From Squalus acanthias (Eukaryota): a DNA stretch of 64,000 nt. How positions within the stretch are numbered: the stretch's first letter is position 1; every line of letters begins with the position of its first letter. The notes under the pieces are model-generated. The model did no database searches, had not been told where the DNA came from, and was given only the letters and a program-made list of their open reading frames with translations. Location of the stretch: NCBI GenBank assembly GCA_030390025.1, contig CM059432.1, forward strand, positions 47,618,001 to 47,682,000, read 5' to 3'. A program made the position numbers and the translations under genes. Positions 50,481 through 62,179 of this stretch are shown here, one piece after another.

Positions 50481-51372
50481 CTAGGATAGGTAAAGGCACA
50501 CGCAAGACAGTCACTTAGGGAATGCACAAGGGTATTTAGTTGATTTTTAGATTAAATATTGGATGGATAGATGTATAAAGTTGGATTAGAATGTTTGTTT
50601 TGTGGTGGCTTTTATTTCAGCATTGTGGCCAAAAGGACACTGTGATGGTCAATAACAGAGGGAAGGTAAGGTGTGGAAAGATTGTTGAATGGGGAATTCG
50701 ACCCCAGACATCCCAGCCAGAAAGGGGCTGCCTAGGTTGCTTCCTTCCTTCCACTTCCGCCTCCTCCTCCGCTGGTGGCAAGGGCTGTGCTCTCATGATG
50801 GCCAGGTTGTGGAGGATACAGCAGACCACGAATCAGGAAACACGCTCTGTGAGTACTGCAGGGGCTCCTCCAGAGCGGTCCAGGCAGCGGAACCGTCGCT
50901 TCAGCACCCCAATTATGTACATGGCAGCATGGCTCTCGTTGTACGCATGCTGGCCACGTGTGGTTGGGTTGTGGAGCAGAGTTATGAGCCAGGTGGTTAA
51001 GGGATAGCCCTTGTTGCCCAGTAGCCACCCTCTGGTCTATCTTGGTGGCTCAAAGACTGAGGGAACAGAGAACTGGTGTAGAATAAAAGCATCATGACTG
51101 CTGCAAGGATACTGGGCACTCGCCATCATGATGTGCTGAGCATGATCACACACCAACTGCACATTCAGCGATTGGAAACCTTTGTGGTTGTGGTAAATCT
51201 CAGCCTTTAGATACGGTGCCCACAAAGCCACATGCGTGCAGTCGATGGCACCCTGCACCATGGGGAAGTCTGCTATTAAACATAGAAACATAGAAGATAG
51301 GAGCAGGAGTAGGCCATTCAGCCCCTCGAGCCTGCTCCGCCATTCAATGAGATCATGGCTGATCATCCAAAT

Positions 51373-54171
51373 TCAGTACCCTGTCCCTGCCTTCTCTCCA
51401 TATCCCTTGATCCCTTTAGTTTTAAGAAATATATCTAACTCCTTCTTGAATATATTTAATGAATTGGCCTCTACTGCCTTCTGTGGTAGAGAATTCCACA
51501 GGTTCACCACTCTCTGGGTGAAGAAATTCCTCCTCATCTCAGTCCTAAATGGCTTACCCCTTATCCTTAGACTGTGACCCCTGGTTCTGGACTCCCCGGC
51601 CATCGGGAACATCCTTCCCGCATCTAGTCTGTCTAGTCCTGTTAGAATTTTATAAGTTTCAATGAGATCCCCTCTCATTCTTCTAAACTCCAGTGAGTAT
51701 AAGCCCAATCGACCCAATCTCTCCTCATACGCCATTCCTGCCATCCCGCGTATCAGCCTGGTGAATCTTCGCTGCACTCCCTCCATGGCAAGAACATCCT
51801 TCCTCAGATAAGGTGACCAAAACTGCACACAATACTCAAGGTGTGGTCTCACCAAGGCCCTGTACAACTGCAGCAAGACATCCTTGTCCCTGTACTCGAA
51901 CCCTTTCGCTACGAAGGCCAACATACCATTTGCCTTCTTAACCGCCTGCTGCACCTGCATGCTTACCTTCAGCGATTGGTGCACAAGGACACCCAGGTCT
52001 CGTTGCACTTCCCCTTCTCCCAATCTATTGCCATTCAGATAATAATCTGCCTTCCTGTTTTTGACACCAAAGTGGATAACCTCGCATTTATCCACATTAT
52101 ATTGCATCTGCCATGCTTCTGCCCAATCCCCCAACCTGTCCAAATCATACTGGAGTTTCTCGGCATCCTCCTCCCGGCACACACTCCCACCCAGCTTTGT
52201 GTCGTCTGCAAACTTGGAGATATTACATCCAATTCCATCATCCAGATCATTAATATATATTGTGAATAGCTGGGGTCCTAGGACCGATCCCTGCGGTACC
52301 CCACTAGTCACCGCCTGCCACTCGGAAAAAGACCCATTTATTCCAACTCTTTGCTTTCTGTCTGCCAACCAGTTCTCTATCCAAGTCAATACCTTGCCCC
52401 CAATCCCATGTGCCTTAACTTTACACGCTAATCTCTTATGCGGGACCTTATCGAAAGCCTTCTGAAAGTCCAAATACACCACATCCACTGGTTCTCCCTT
52501 ATCCATTTTACCAGTTACATCCTCAAAAAATTCCAGTAGATTAGTCAAGCACGATTTGCCTTTTGTAAATCCATGTTGACTTTGTCCGATCCTGTCACTG
52601 TTTTCCAAGTGCTCTGCTATTACATCTTTTATAATGGACTCTAGCATTTTCCCCACTACCGATGTCAGGCTTACTGGTCTATAATTCCCCGTTTTCTCTC
52701 TACCACCTTTTTTGAATAGTGCGGTAACATTAGCTACCCTCCAATCCATGGGTACTGTTCCAGATTCCATTGAATGTTGGAAGATGATCAGCAATGCATC
52801 TACTATTTCTAGGGCCACTTCCTTAAGTACCCTAGGATGTAGATTATCAGGCCCTGGGGATTTATCGGCCTTCAATCCCGTCAATTTCCCTAACACTATT
52901 TCCCTACAAATACTGATTTCTTTCAGTTCCTCCTTCTCATTCGACCCTATGTTCCCCGACATCTCTGGGAGGTTATTTGTGTCCTCCTTTGTGAAGACAG
53001 AACCAAAGTATGTATTTAATTGGTCTGCCATTTCTTTGTTCCCCATTATAAATTCCCCTGATTCTGACTGCAAGGGACCTACGCTTGACTTCACCAATCT
53101 TTTTCTCTTCACATATCTATAAAAGCTTTTACAGTCAGTTTTTATGTTCCTCGCAAGCTTACTCTCATACTCTATTTTCCCCCTCTTAATTAATCCCTTT
53201 GTCCTTCTTTGTTGAATCCTATACTGCTCCCAATCCTCAGGTTTTCTGCTTTTTCTGGCCAATTTATATGTCCTTTCCTTGGATCTTATGCTATCCCTAA
53301 TTTCCTTTGTTAGCCACGGTTGAGTCACCTTTTTTGTTTTATTTTTATGCCAAACTGGGATGAACAAATTCTGTAGTTCATTCATGCGATCTTTGAATGC
53401 TTGCCATTGCCTCTCCACCGTCAACCCTTTGAGTGAGATTCCCCAATCAATCCTACCCAACTCGCGCCTCATACCATCGTAGTTTCCTTTATTTAAATTC
53501 AGGACCCTAGTCTCTGAGTCAACTACTTCACTCTCCATCTTAATGAAGAATTCGATCATATTATGATTGCTCCGACCCAAGGGGCCTCGTACAACAAGAT
53601 TGCTAATTAATCCTTTCTCATTACATAATACCCAGTCTAAGATGGCCTGATCTCTAGTTGGTTCCTCGACATATTGGTCCAGGAAACCATCCCGTATACA
53701 CTCCAGGAATTCCTCCTCCACAGTATTGTTACTAATTTGGTTAGCCCAATCTATATGTAGATTAAAGTCGCCCATGATAACTGCTGTGCTCTTATTGCAC
53801 GCTTCTCTAATTTCCCTTTTAATGCCATCCCCAACCTCCGTATTACTGTTTGGGGGTCTATACACCACTCCCACTAGTGTTTTCAGCCCCTTGGTATTTC
53901 TCAGTTCTACCCATACAGATTCCACATCATCAGAGCTAATATCCTTCCTTACAATTGTGTTAATCCCCTCTTTAACCAGCAATGCTACCCCACCTCCTTT
54001 TCCTTTTTGCCTATCTTTCCTGAATATTGAATACCCCTGTATGTTGAGTTCCCAGCCTTGGTCACCCTGGAGCCATGTTTCCGTAATCCCAATCATATCA
54101 TATTCGTTTACCTCTATTTGCGCAGCTAATTCATCCACCTTATTACGAATGCTCCTCGCATTAAGGCACAA
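51373..54171 (-). CDS. CR1 ORF2: APE endonuclease + reverse transcriptase, uninterrupted 932 codons (true start upstream or non-AUG)
   Basis: NARSIRNK, GITETW, MGDFN, LDWVL, SNHNMI (normally SDH), [24 protein letters not shown] motifs with no stop or frameshift. Confidence 0.9.
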   Translation of the reverse strand: MCLNARSIRNKVDELAAQIEVNEYDMIGITETWLQGDQGWELNIQGYSIFRKDRQKGKGGGVALLVKEGINTIVRKDISSDDVESVWVELRNTKGLKTLVGVVYRPPNSNTEVGDGIKREIREACNKSTAVIMGDFNLHIDWANQISNNTVEEEFLECIRDGFLDQYVEEPTRDQAILDWVLCNEKGLISNLVVRGPLGRSNHNMIEFFIKMESEVVDSETRVLNLNKGNYDGMRRELGRIDWGISLKGLTVERQWQAFKDRMNELQNLFIPVWHKNKTKKVTQPWLTKEIRDSIRSKERTYKLARKSRKPEDWEQYRIQQRRTKGLIKRGKIEYESKLARNIKTDCKSFYRYVKRKRLVKSSVGPLQSESGEFIMGNKEMADQLNTYFGSVFTKEDTNNLPEMSGNIGSNEKEELKEISICREIVLGKLTGLKADKSPGPDNLHPRVLKEVALEIVDALLIIFQHSMESGTVPMDWRVANVTALFKKGGREKTGNYRPVSLTSVVGKMLESIIKDVIAEHLENSDRIGQSQHGFTKGKSCLTNLLEFFEDVTGKMDKGEPVDVVYLDFQKAFDKVPHKRLACKVKAHGIGGKVLTWIENWLADRKQRVGINGSFSEWQAVTSGVPQGSVLGPQLFTIYINDLDDGIGCNISKFADDTKLGGSVCREEDAEKLQYDLDRLGDWAEAWQMQYNVDKCEVIHFGVKNRKADYYLNGNRLGEGEVQRDLGVLVHQSLKVSMQVQQAVKKANGMLAFVAKGFEYRDKDVLLQLYRALVRPHLEYCVQFWSPYLRKDVLAMEGVQRRFTRLIRGMAGMAYEERLGRLGLYSLEFRRMRGDLIETYKILTGLDRLDAGRMFPMAGESRTRGHSLRIRGKPFRTEMRRNFFTQRVVNLWNSLPQKAVEANSLNIFKKELDIFLKTKGIKGYGEKAGTGY

Positions 54172-54367
54172 AGCCTTCAGGCTTGTTTTTTTTAACGCTC
54201 TTAGACCTTTTAGAATTTTTTTTTTTTTTTTTTTACTGTGGCCACGTTTGATTTAAACCCTTGATTTCTCTGACTGACACCTTTGTTTTTTTCCTTCCTG
54301 ACTTTTGCTTCTATTCTTGTTTCCCTTTCCTCTGTCTCCCTGCTCAGGTTCCCAACCCCCTGCCATT

Positions 54368-56130
54368 TTAGTTTAAACCCTCCCCCAGAGCACTAGCAAA
54401 CACTCCCCCAAGGACATCGGTCCCGGTCCTGCTCAGGTGCAAACCGTCCGATTTGTACTGGTCCCACCTCCCCCAGAACCGGTTCCAATGTCCCAGGAAT
54501 TTGAATCCCTCCCCCTTGCACCATTCTTCTAGCCACGTATTCATCTGAAATATCCTTCTATTTCTACTCTGACTAGCACGTGGCACTGGTAGCAATCCTG
54601 AGATTACTACCTTTGAGGTCCTATTTTTTAATTTATCTCCTAACTCCCTATATTAGGATGAAGAGCTGGGCCGAAAAATGGCAGATGGAATTTAACCCTG
54701 ATAAGTGCGAGGTGATTCATTTTGGTAGGGCAAATTTGAATAAGGATTACAGGGTCAACGGCAGGGTTCTGAGGAACGTGGAGGAACAGAGGGATCTGGG
54801 GGTTCATATCCACAGATCTCTGAAGGTTGCCACTCAAGTGGATAGAGCAGTAAAGAAGGCCTATAGTGTGTTCGCGTTTATTAACAAGGGGTTTGAGTTT
54901 AAGAAACGTGAGGTTATGCTGCAACTGTACAGGACCTTGGTGAGACCACATTTGGAATATTGTGTGCAGTTCTGGTCACCTCACTATAGGAAGGACGTGG
55001 AAGCATTGGAAAGAGTGCAAAGGAGATTTACCAGGATGCTGCCTGGTTTGGGGGGGAGGTCTTATGAGGAAAGATTGAGGGAGCTAGGGCTTTTCTCTTT
55101 AGAGCGGAGAAGGATGAGAGGCGACTTAATAGAGGTTTATAAGATGATGAGGGGGATAGATAGAGTGGATGTTCAGAGACTATTTCCTTGGGTGGATGTA
55201 GCTGTTACAAGGGGGCATAACTATAAGGTGCATGGGGGGAGATATAGAAGGGATGTCCAAGGTAGATTCTTTACTCAGAGAGTGGTTGGGGTGTGGAATG
55301 GACTGCCTGCTGTGATAGTGGAGTCGGACACTTTAGGAACTTTCAAGCGGTTATTGGATAAGCACATGGAGCACACCAGAATGATAGGGAGTGGGATAGC
55401 TTGATCTTGGTTTCGGACAATGCTCAGCACAACATCGAGGGCCGAAGGGCCTGTACTGTGCTGTACTGTTCTATATGCAGCTTTTAGGACCTCATCCCGT
55501 TTTTTACCTATATCGTTGGTACCTATATGCACCACGACAACTAGCTGTTCACCCTCCCCTTCCAAAATGTTTTGCAGCCGCTCCGAGACATCCTTGACCC
55601 TTGCACCAGGGAGGCAACACACCATCCTGGAGTCTCATTTGCTGCCGCAGAAACGCCTATCTATTCCCCTTACAATAGAATCCCCTATCACTATAGCTGT
55701 ACCCCTCTTTTTCCTCCCGTCCTGTGCAGCAGAACCACCCCTGGTGCCAGGAAGTTGGCTGCTGCTGCCTTCCCCTGATAAGCCATCCCCCTCAACAGTA
55801 TCCAAAGCGGTATATCTGTTTGAGAGGGGGATGTCCACAGGGAACTCCTGCACTACCTGCCTGTGCCTACTACTCTGCCTGGTGGTCACCCATTCTCTTT
55901 CTGCCTGTGCAGCCTTTACCTGCGGTGTGACCAACTGGTTAAACGTGCTATCCACGAGGTCCTCAGCATCGCGAATGCTCCAGTATGCATCCATTCGCAG
56001 CAATGCGGTCTGCCAGTAGCTGCAGCTGGATACACTTCCCGCACACATGGTCGTCAGGGACACATGAAGTGTCCCCGATTTCCCACATAGCGCAGGAGGA
56101 GCATAGCACAGCGCCGAGCTGTGCTGCCAT
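54368..56130 (-). pseudogene. CR1 ORF1 (CxxC..CxxC zinc finger + SGNH esterase-like domain), disrupted
   Basis: ATG at 56130: MAAQLGAVLCSSCAMWE..VCGKCIQLQLL; LSNRY; VIGDSIVRG, CLPGARV, HIGTND, DGLHL; one frameshift and a nested CR1. Confidence 0.85.
54654..55470 (+). mobile_element. CR1 3' fragment of another subfamily inserted antisense into ORF1
   Basis: Open frame WAEKWQMEFNPDKCEV..RFFTQRVV; tail ctgtgctgtactgtt; duplication ctatat at 54648-54653 and 55471-55476. Confidence 0.9.
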
Positions 56131-57454
56131 GACTTACCCTTTAATTAATTGAACTTAAACTATATCAAATCAATCCCACCAATTATACTATAATTAAATG
56201 ATATAGGGCCCTTGTTTACCAACTGTCCCCGCTACACCACAGAGACCCTAGAAACTATAAACCAAAAAATTTAAGTTTGGAAAATGGAGAAAAAGAGAAA
56301 TACTCACCAACCAATCCTGGCAAAGCCACCTGTACGCTCCTCCTGATCTCTCTGGTCAGAGAGAAGACAATGAAGTCCCATCTCCTGGCATAAAGAGCAT
56401 CTGTCACCTCTCTTATGTAGCAGTGGAGGATGAACTGGGAGATGTTACAGATGTCGCCTGCTCCAGCCTGGAAGGATCCTGACGCAAAGAAATTCAGGGC
56501 CACGGTCACCTTCACAGCCACTGGCAGCGCTGTCCTTGACCTGTAGTGAGGCTGCAGGTCTGGTTGCAAGAGGTGGCAGAGTTCCGTGAGCATCTCCTTG
56601 ATAAAGCACAGACGCCTCATACACTGCTCCTGGCTCAAGTTGAGGTAAGTGAATTGCTCTCGGAAGACCCTAGGTGGGTAAGGCCTCCTACTGAGAATCC
56701 TTCTCCCCTCCTCCTCGTCCATCTGCGAGCAGCTTGTTCACTTCTTTGCTGCCTCTGCTCCATCTCCCTGTCATGCTGCAGGCCAAGGGGGATGACAACT
56801 AGAGCACCCATGACTGGGAGCAAATGGTCTGACCAGAACCCTTGAAGTCAGAAGCAAGGCCTTCTCCACTTGCAGCACCACTCCCTGTCACTTCACCGAC
56901 TTTAAACAACTCTAGAAAACTCCAAACAGTTCCACAAACTTATACAGAGCCAGTAGAAATCAAAAAGCAAGTTACCTGAAAGTTGCTGTTGATCTCTTTA
57001 TATAGCGCTGGTGGGGAGTTTTTCCTGCTGCTGAACACATGTTCAGCTGTGCGAGGTTAACACAGGGCGTTAGTTCCAGCGATGGTGACGAAAATGGCAG
57101 TGCTGGCGTCAAGTCAGCATTGCACGCAGATTAACGTCACGATCTGCCTACTTACCATACGTCTAGCGCACGCTCCTAACGGCTGCCCTACCGCCCTCAC
57201 CAAGATGACATCCGGCCCGCACTAGAAGTGTGCGCACACTGCTTGGACACCATTTTGAACCCAATTCAGCACCCATAGCGCTCAAACAATGGGCGCTATG
57301 CAACCAAATTTTTTCACCCAGAATGTATAATAGAAATATTGAAAATACAGATGATCTTTCACAAAAACCTTAATAAAATCAAAATGATACGCAAGGGTTA
57401 GCAGTTAGCACACTGTTCTTTATCTCAAAGATAAATTCAAAAGCAAATCAAACA

Positions 57455-57810
57455 TGAGGGGTCTAGAAAGAGTAGATAGAGAGAAACTGTTCCCATTGGC
57501 GGACGGGTCAAGAACCAGAGAACACAGATTTAAAGTGATTGGCAAAAGAACCAAAGGCGACATGAGGAAAAACTTTTTTTACGCAGCGAGTGGTTAGGAT
57601 CCGGAATGCACTGCCTGAAAGGGTGGTGGAGGCAGACTCAATCATGGCTTTCAAAAGGGAACTGGTTAAGTACCTGAAGGAAAAGAATCTGCAGGGCTAC
57701 GGGGAAAGGGCGGGGGAGTGGGACTAGCTGACGTGCTCTTGCAGAGAGCCGCATGGGCTCGACAGGCCGAATGGCCCCCTTCTGTGCTGTAACCATTCTA
57801 TGATTCTATG
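57455..57810 (+). mobile_element. CR1 3' fragment
   Basis: ORF2 C-terminal DNA and attctatgattctatg tail. Confidence 0.85.
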
Positions 57811-58711
57811 AGGGATGAATATCTCTTTCTGCTAGCTGTAAGGATAAAATGAAATTGTAAAGTCTCAATCCTGTTCCCAGAGGGTGCAAGTTCAAGCACA
57901 AAACTGCCATAGTTCTTTGGGAATAAACAGCTATCTGAATCAAAGGCCATAAGGATATTAGTGCCTGGAATTTACTTGGGGCTTCTCACACTCCATCGCT
58001 GCAACCTAGGCAGAAACCCCATTGATACAGGAGAAGCCACGAAAAATTCCCAGAGGATATTAGATAATAATTAGAACTCCACAACATATATTCAAAATAA
58101 AATGAAACGTATCATTCCGACCCTGTACAAGACCTTGGTTAGGCCTCATTTAGAATACTGTGTCCAGTTCTGGTCCCCTCACATGGTGGGTGATATTGAG
58201 GCTTTGGAAAGGTTCAGAGGAGGACCACAAGATTGATTCCCAGGTTAAAACATCTTAGCTAATGAGACAGGCTTAAAAAACTGGGTTTATATTCTTTACA
58301 ATTGAACTCATGTCTTTCTCTAGATTCTATCCCATCTCCTGCCTTGCTCTCTGAGCTCATCTTGTCCATGAGACCCATCTCCTGCTCCCTCAATCCTATT
58401 CCAACCAAACTGTTGACCTAACTTCCCTTCTTGGACCCCATCTTAGCTGATACTGTTAATGGTTCCCTCTCCTCAGGTACTGTTCTCCCCTCACCCTTCA
58501 AATCTGCCTTCATCACCCCTCTCCTCGAAAAACCCACCCTTGGCCCCTCTGTCCTTGCAAACTACCACCCCATCTCCAACCTCCCCTTCCTCTCCAAAGT
58601 CCATGAATGTGTTATCGCTTCCCAATTATCCGTGCCCATCTTTCCCGCAATTCCATATTTGAATCCTTCCAATCAGGTTTCTGGCCCCGCCACAGTACTG
58701 AAACAGCCCTT

Positions 58712-61420
58712 CTCTACAGGAAAGATAGGGAAAATGGCAGAGGGGGAGGAGTAGCCTTAGTGATTAAGGATAAAATCACTTCAATGATAAGAGAGGATAT
58801 AAAGAGAGGTAAGCAGGCAGTGGAGACTTTTATGGGTAGAATTAAGAAATAGGAAAGGATTTAAGACTGTAGTGGGAGTTGTGTATAGGCCTCCTGGTAG
58901 CAGCTGTGAAGTGATAGATTGTATAAATGCAGAGATTAGACAAGCATGTAGCAAAGGCAGAGTGATTTTAATGGGGGATTTTAACTTTAATATAGATTTG
59001 GATAAGCAGTCTAGCACCGGTTAGAAAGGTAGTGAATTTCTTTAGAGTGTCCGGGATAGTTTTCTACAACAATGTCCTAGAGGCGACAAGGGGGCAAGCC
59101 ATATTAGATTTAGTAATGAGTAATGAGCCAAATTTAGTTAACAGCCTAACTCTGCGTGAACATTTATCCAATAGCGATCATAACATGATCGAGTTCAACG
59201 TAGCGTTTGAAAGGGAGAAATGCAAAACAGCTGCTAAGATTCTAGATTTAGGTAAGGCCGACTTCAACAGGATGAGGCAAAGACAGTCCACAGTAAACTG
59301 GGCAAATCTGTTAATGGGTAAAACGACAGGAGATCAGTGGGAGATTTTTTTTTAAAGAATTTAATGTGATACAGACCAGTTTATACCCGAGGGGCAAGAA
59401 CGCTACTTGCCAAAAAAAAAGCCATGGACGACTAAAGAGGTAAGGGACAGCATAAAAACTAAAAGAAAAAGCATACAGAAATGCAAAAAATAGCACAGAT
59501 CCTGGCGAATGGGAAAGATACAAAGAACAGCAAAAGATCACAAAACAGATAGTAAGAGCTACAAAAAGGGAGTATGAAAAGAAACGTGCAAGGGATATCG
59601 AAATTAATACAAAGAATTTTTACAATTACATTAGGAAAAAGAGGTTTGCCAGGAGCAATGTTAGCCCCTTAAAAACTGAAAGCGGTGATATTGTCAATGG
59701 TAAGAAGGAAATGGCGGACATGTTGAATAATTACTGTGTGTCAGTATTTACAGTAGAGTAAGAGGATAGCATGCCGGAAATCCCGAGGAAACTAATATTG
59801 AATTGGGGACAGGGACTCAATAAAATTAACGTAATAAAATTAACGTAAGTAAAATAAAAATAATGAAGAAAATAATGGCACTAGAGTGTGACAATCCCCA
59901 GATGGTTTCCATCCCAGGGTTTTAAAGGAAGTCGGTGAGCACATTGCAGATGCCCTAACTATAATCTTCCAAAGTTCTCTAGATTCAGTAACCATTCCTT
60001 TAGATTGGAAAATTGCACATGTCACTCCGCTATTTAAGAATAGCAAGAGGGGAAAACCAGGGAATTATAGACCAGTTAATCTAACATCTGTTGTCGGGAA
60101 ATTACTAGAGTCTATAATTAAGGATAGGGTGACTGAACACCTCAAAAATTCTCAGATGATCAGAGAGCGCCAGCCTGGTTTTGTGAAAGGTAGATCATGC
60201 CTGACAAACCTGATGAATTTTTTGAAGAGGTGACTAAAGTAGTGGACAGGGGAATGTCTATGGATGTTATTTATATGGACTTCCAAAAGGCATTTGATAA
60301 AGTCCTACATAAGAGACTGTTATCTAAGGTAGAAGCCCATGGAATTGAGGGCAAATTATTGACCTGGTTAGGAAATTGGCTGAGCGACAGGAGACAGAGA
60401 GTAGGGATAATGGGTAGGTACTCAGATTGGCAGGATGTGACTAGTGGTGTCCCGCAGGGATCTGTGTTGGGGCCTCAACTATTCACAGTATTTATTAACT
60501 TAGATGATGGCATAGAAAGCCATATACCCAAATTTGTCGACGACACAAAGATAGGCAATAGTGTAGATGAAAGCTTAAAATTACAAAGAGATATTGATAG
60601 ATTAAGTGAATGGGCAAAACTGTGGCAAATGGATTTCAATGTAAGCAAATGTGAGGTCATCTACTTTGGACCTAAAAAGGATAGAACAGGGTACTTTCTA
60701 AATGGCGAAAAGCTAAAATCAGTGGATGTCCAAAGAGACTTGGGCGGGTGTCTAGGTATACAGATCATTAAAATGTCATGAACAGATACAGAAAATAATC
60801 AAAAAGGCTAATGGAATGCTGGCCTTTATATCTAGAGGACTAGAAGTTATGCTGCAGCTATACAAAACCCTGGTTAGACCACACCTGGAGTATTGTGAGC
60901 AGTTCTGGGCACCACACCTTAGAAAAGATATATTGGCCTTGGAGTGAGCGCAGCATAGGTTTACCAGAATGTTACCCGGACTTCAAGGGTTAAGTTATGA
61001 GGAGAGATTACACAAATTAGGGTTGTATTCCCTAAATTTAGAAGGTTAAGGGGTGATCTGATCGAAGTTTTCAAGATATTAAGGGGAACAGATAGGGTAG
61101 ATAACAGCACTGTGGGAGTACCTTCACCACATGGACTGCAGCGGTTCAAGAAGGTGGCTCACCACCACCTTCTCAAGGGCAATTAGGGATGGGCAATAAA
61201 TGCTGGCCTTGCCAGCGACACCCAAATCCCATGAAAAAATAAAAAAATTGAGCCTAGATCAATTGTTAATTTTAAATCTGAGATTGATAGCTTTTTGTTA
61301 ACCAAAGGTATTAAGGGAAGTGAGCCAAAAGCGGGTATATGGAGTTAGATCGCAGATCAGCCATGATCTCATTGAATGGCGGAACAGACTAGAGGGGCTG
61401 AATGGCCTACTCCTGTTCCT
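58712..61420 (+). mobile_element. decayed CR1 (EN to 3'UTR)
   Basis: [36 protein letters not shown], with many frameshifts. Confidence 0.9.
61105..61247 (+). mobile_element. short 3' fragment of the LINE with LF-SINE-like tail, inside the CR1
   Basis: cggttcaagaaggtggctcaccaccaccttctcaagggcaattagggatgggcaataaatgctggccttgccagcgacaccc..A-rich end. Confidence 0.75.
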
Positions 61421-62179
61421 ATCAAAGTCACAAATGGCATTCTTTGTGACTGTGACCATGATAAAGTATCCCTCCTCATCCTTCTTGACCCATCTGCAGC
61501 CTTCAACACAGGTGACCACACCATCCTCCTACAACGCCTCTCCTTCGTCGTCCAGCTGGGTGAAACCGCCTTTGCTTGGTTCCATTCTTATCTATCTAAT
61601 CGTAGCCAGAGAATCACCTGCAATGGCTTCTCTTCTCACTCCTGCACTATTACCTCTGGGCCTTGACCCCTTTCTACTTCTCAACTATATGCTACCCCTC
61701 GGTGGCATCATCCGAAAACACAACATCAGGTTCTACATGTACGCTAATGACAGTCAGCTCTAGCCACCTTCACTGTCTCTGATTTGTCACACTGCTTGTT
61801 CGACATCCAATATTGGATGAACAGAAATTTCCTACAACTAAATATTGGGAAGACTGAGCTACTTGTGGAGTAAAGGAAGAAAGCAGAAAGGAAGAACTTG
61901 TATTTTTATAGCACCATATTACATCCTTGGGAAGTCTCAAAACACTTCTCATGCAACAAATGAAGTGCACTCACTGTTGCATAGGCAAATGTGGCAGCCA
62001 GTTGGACACAGCAAGATCTCACAAACACATATGAGACGAATAACCAATTAATATTTTTGGGTAGTGTTGGTTGAGGGAGGAATATTGGCTAGGATATCTG
62101 GAGAACTGCCTGCTCTTTGAATAATATTGTGGAATTTTTATGCCCAGCTGCACAGGCAGATAGAGATGTCGCAGAAAGG

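Larger units (their letters stand above)
51278..56313 (-). mobile_element. full-length CR1 LINE (5'UTR, ORF1, ORF2, 3'UTR)
   Basis: All parts present; tail (ttctatgt)n at 51278; flanks rejoin as Harbinger transposase GFARI|ADFP. Confidence 0.93.
50690..56811 (-). pseudogene. Harbinger (HARBI1-like) transposase split by the full-length CR1 (pieces 56811-56314 and 51277-50690)
   Basis: VALNFFASGSFQ..GDICNISQ upstream; ADFPMVQGAIDCTHVAL..SLNVQLVCDH..SSHDA downstream of the insertion. Confidence 0.88.
47912..57319. mobile_element. PIF/Harbinger DNA transposon copy 2 (decayed; three nested CR1 insertions)
   Basis: Homologous and colinear to copy 1 from Myb intron 1 onward; terminus caaattttttcaccc. 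Confidence 0.85.
58320..61860 (+). mobile_element. L2 RT fragment split by CR1 (58320-58711 and 61421-61860)
   Basis: NYHPISNLPFLSKV, QSGF.PRHSTETAL | IKVTN..LLILLDPSAAFNT.DH, YMYANDSQL. Confidence 0.82.

Noticed and set aside
54580..55625. Apparently novel chimeric ORFs (54580-55404 +, 55275-55625 -)
   Set aside because: Read-through across the junctions of a nested CR1 insertion.
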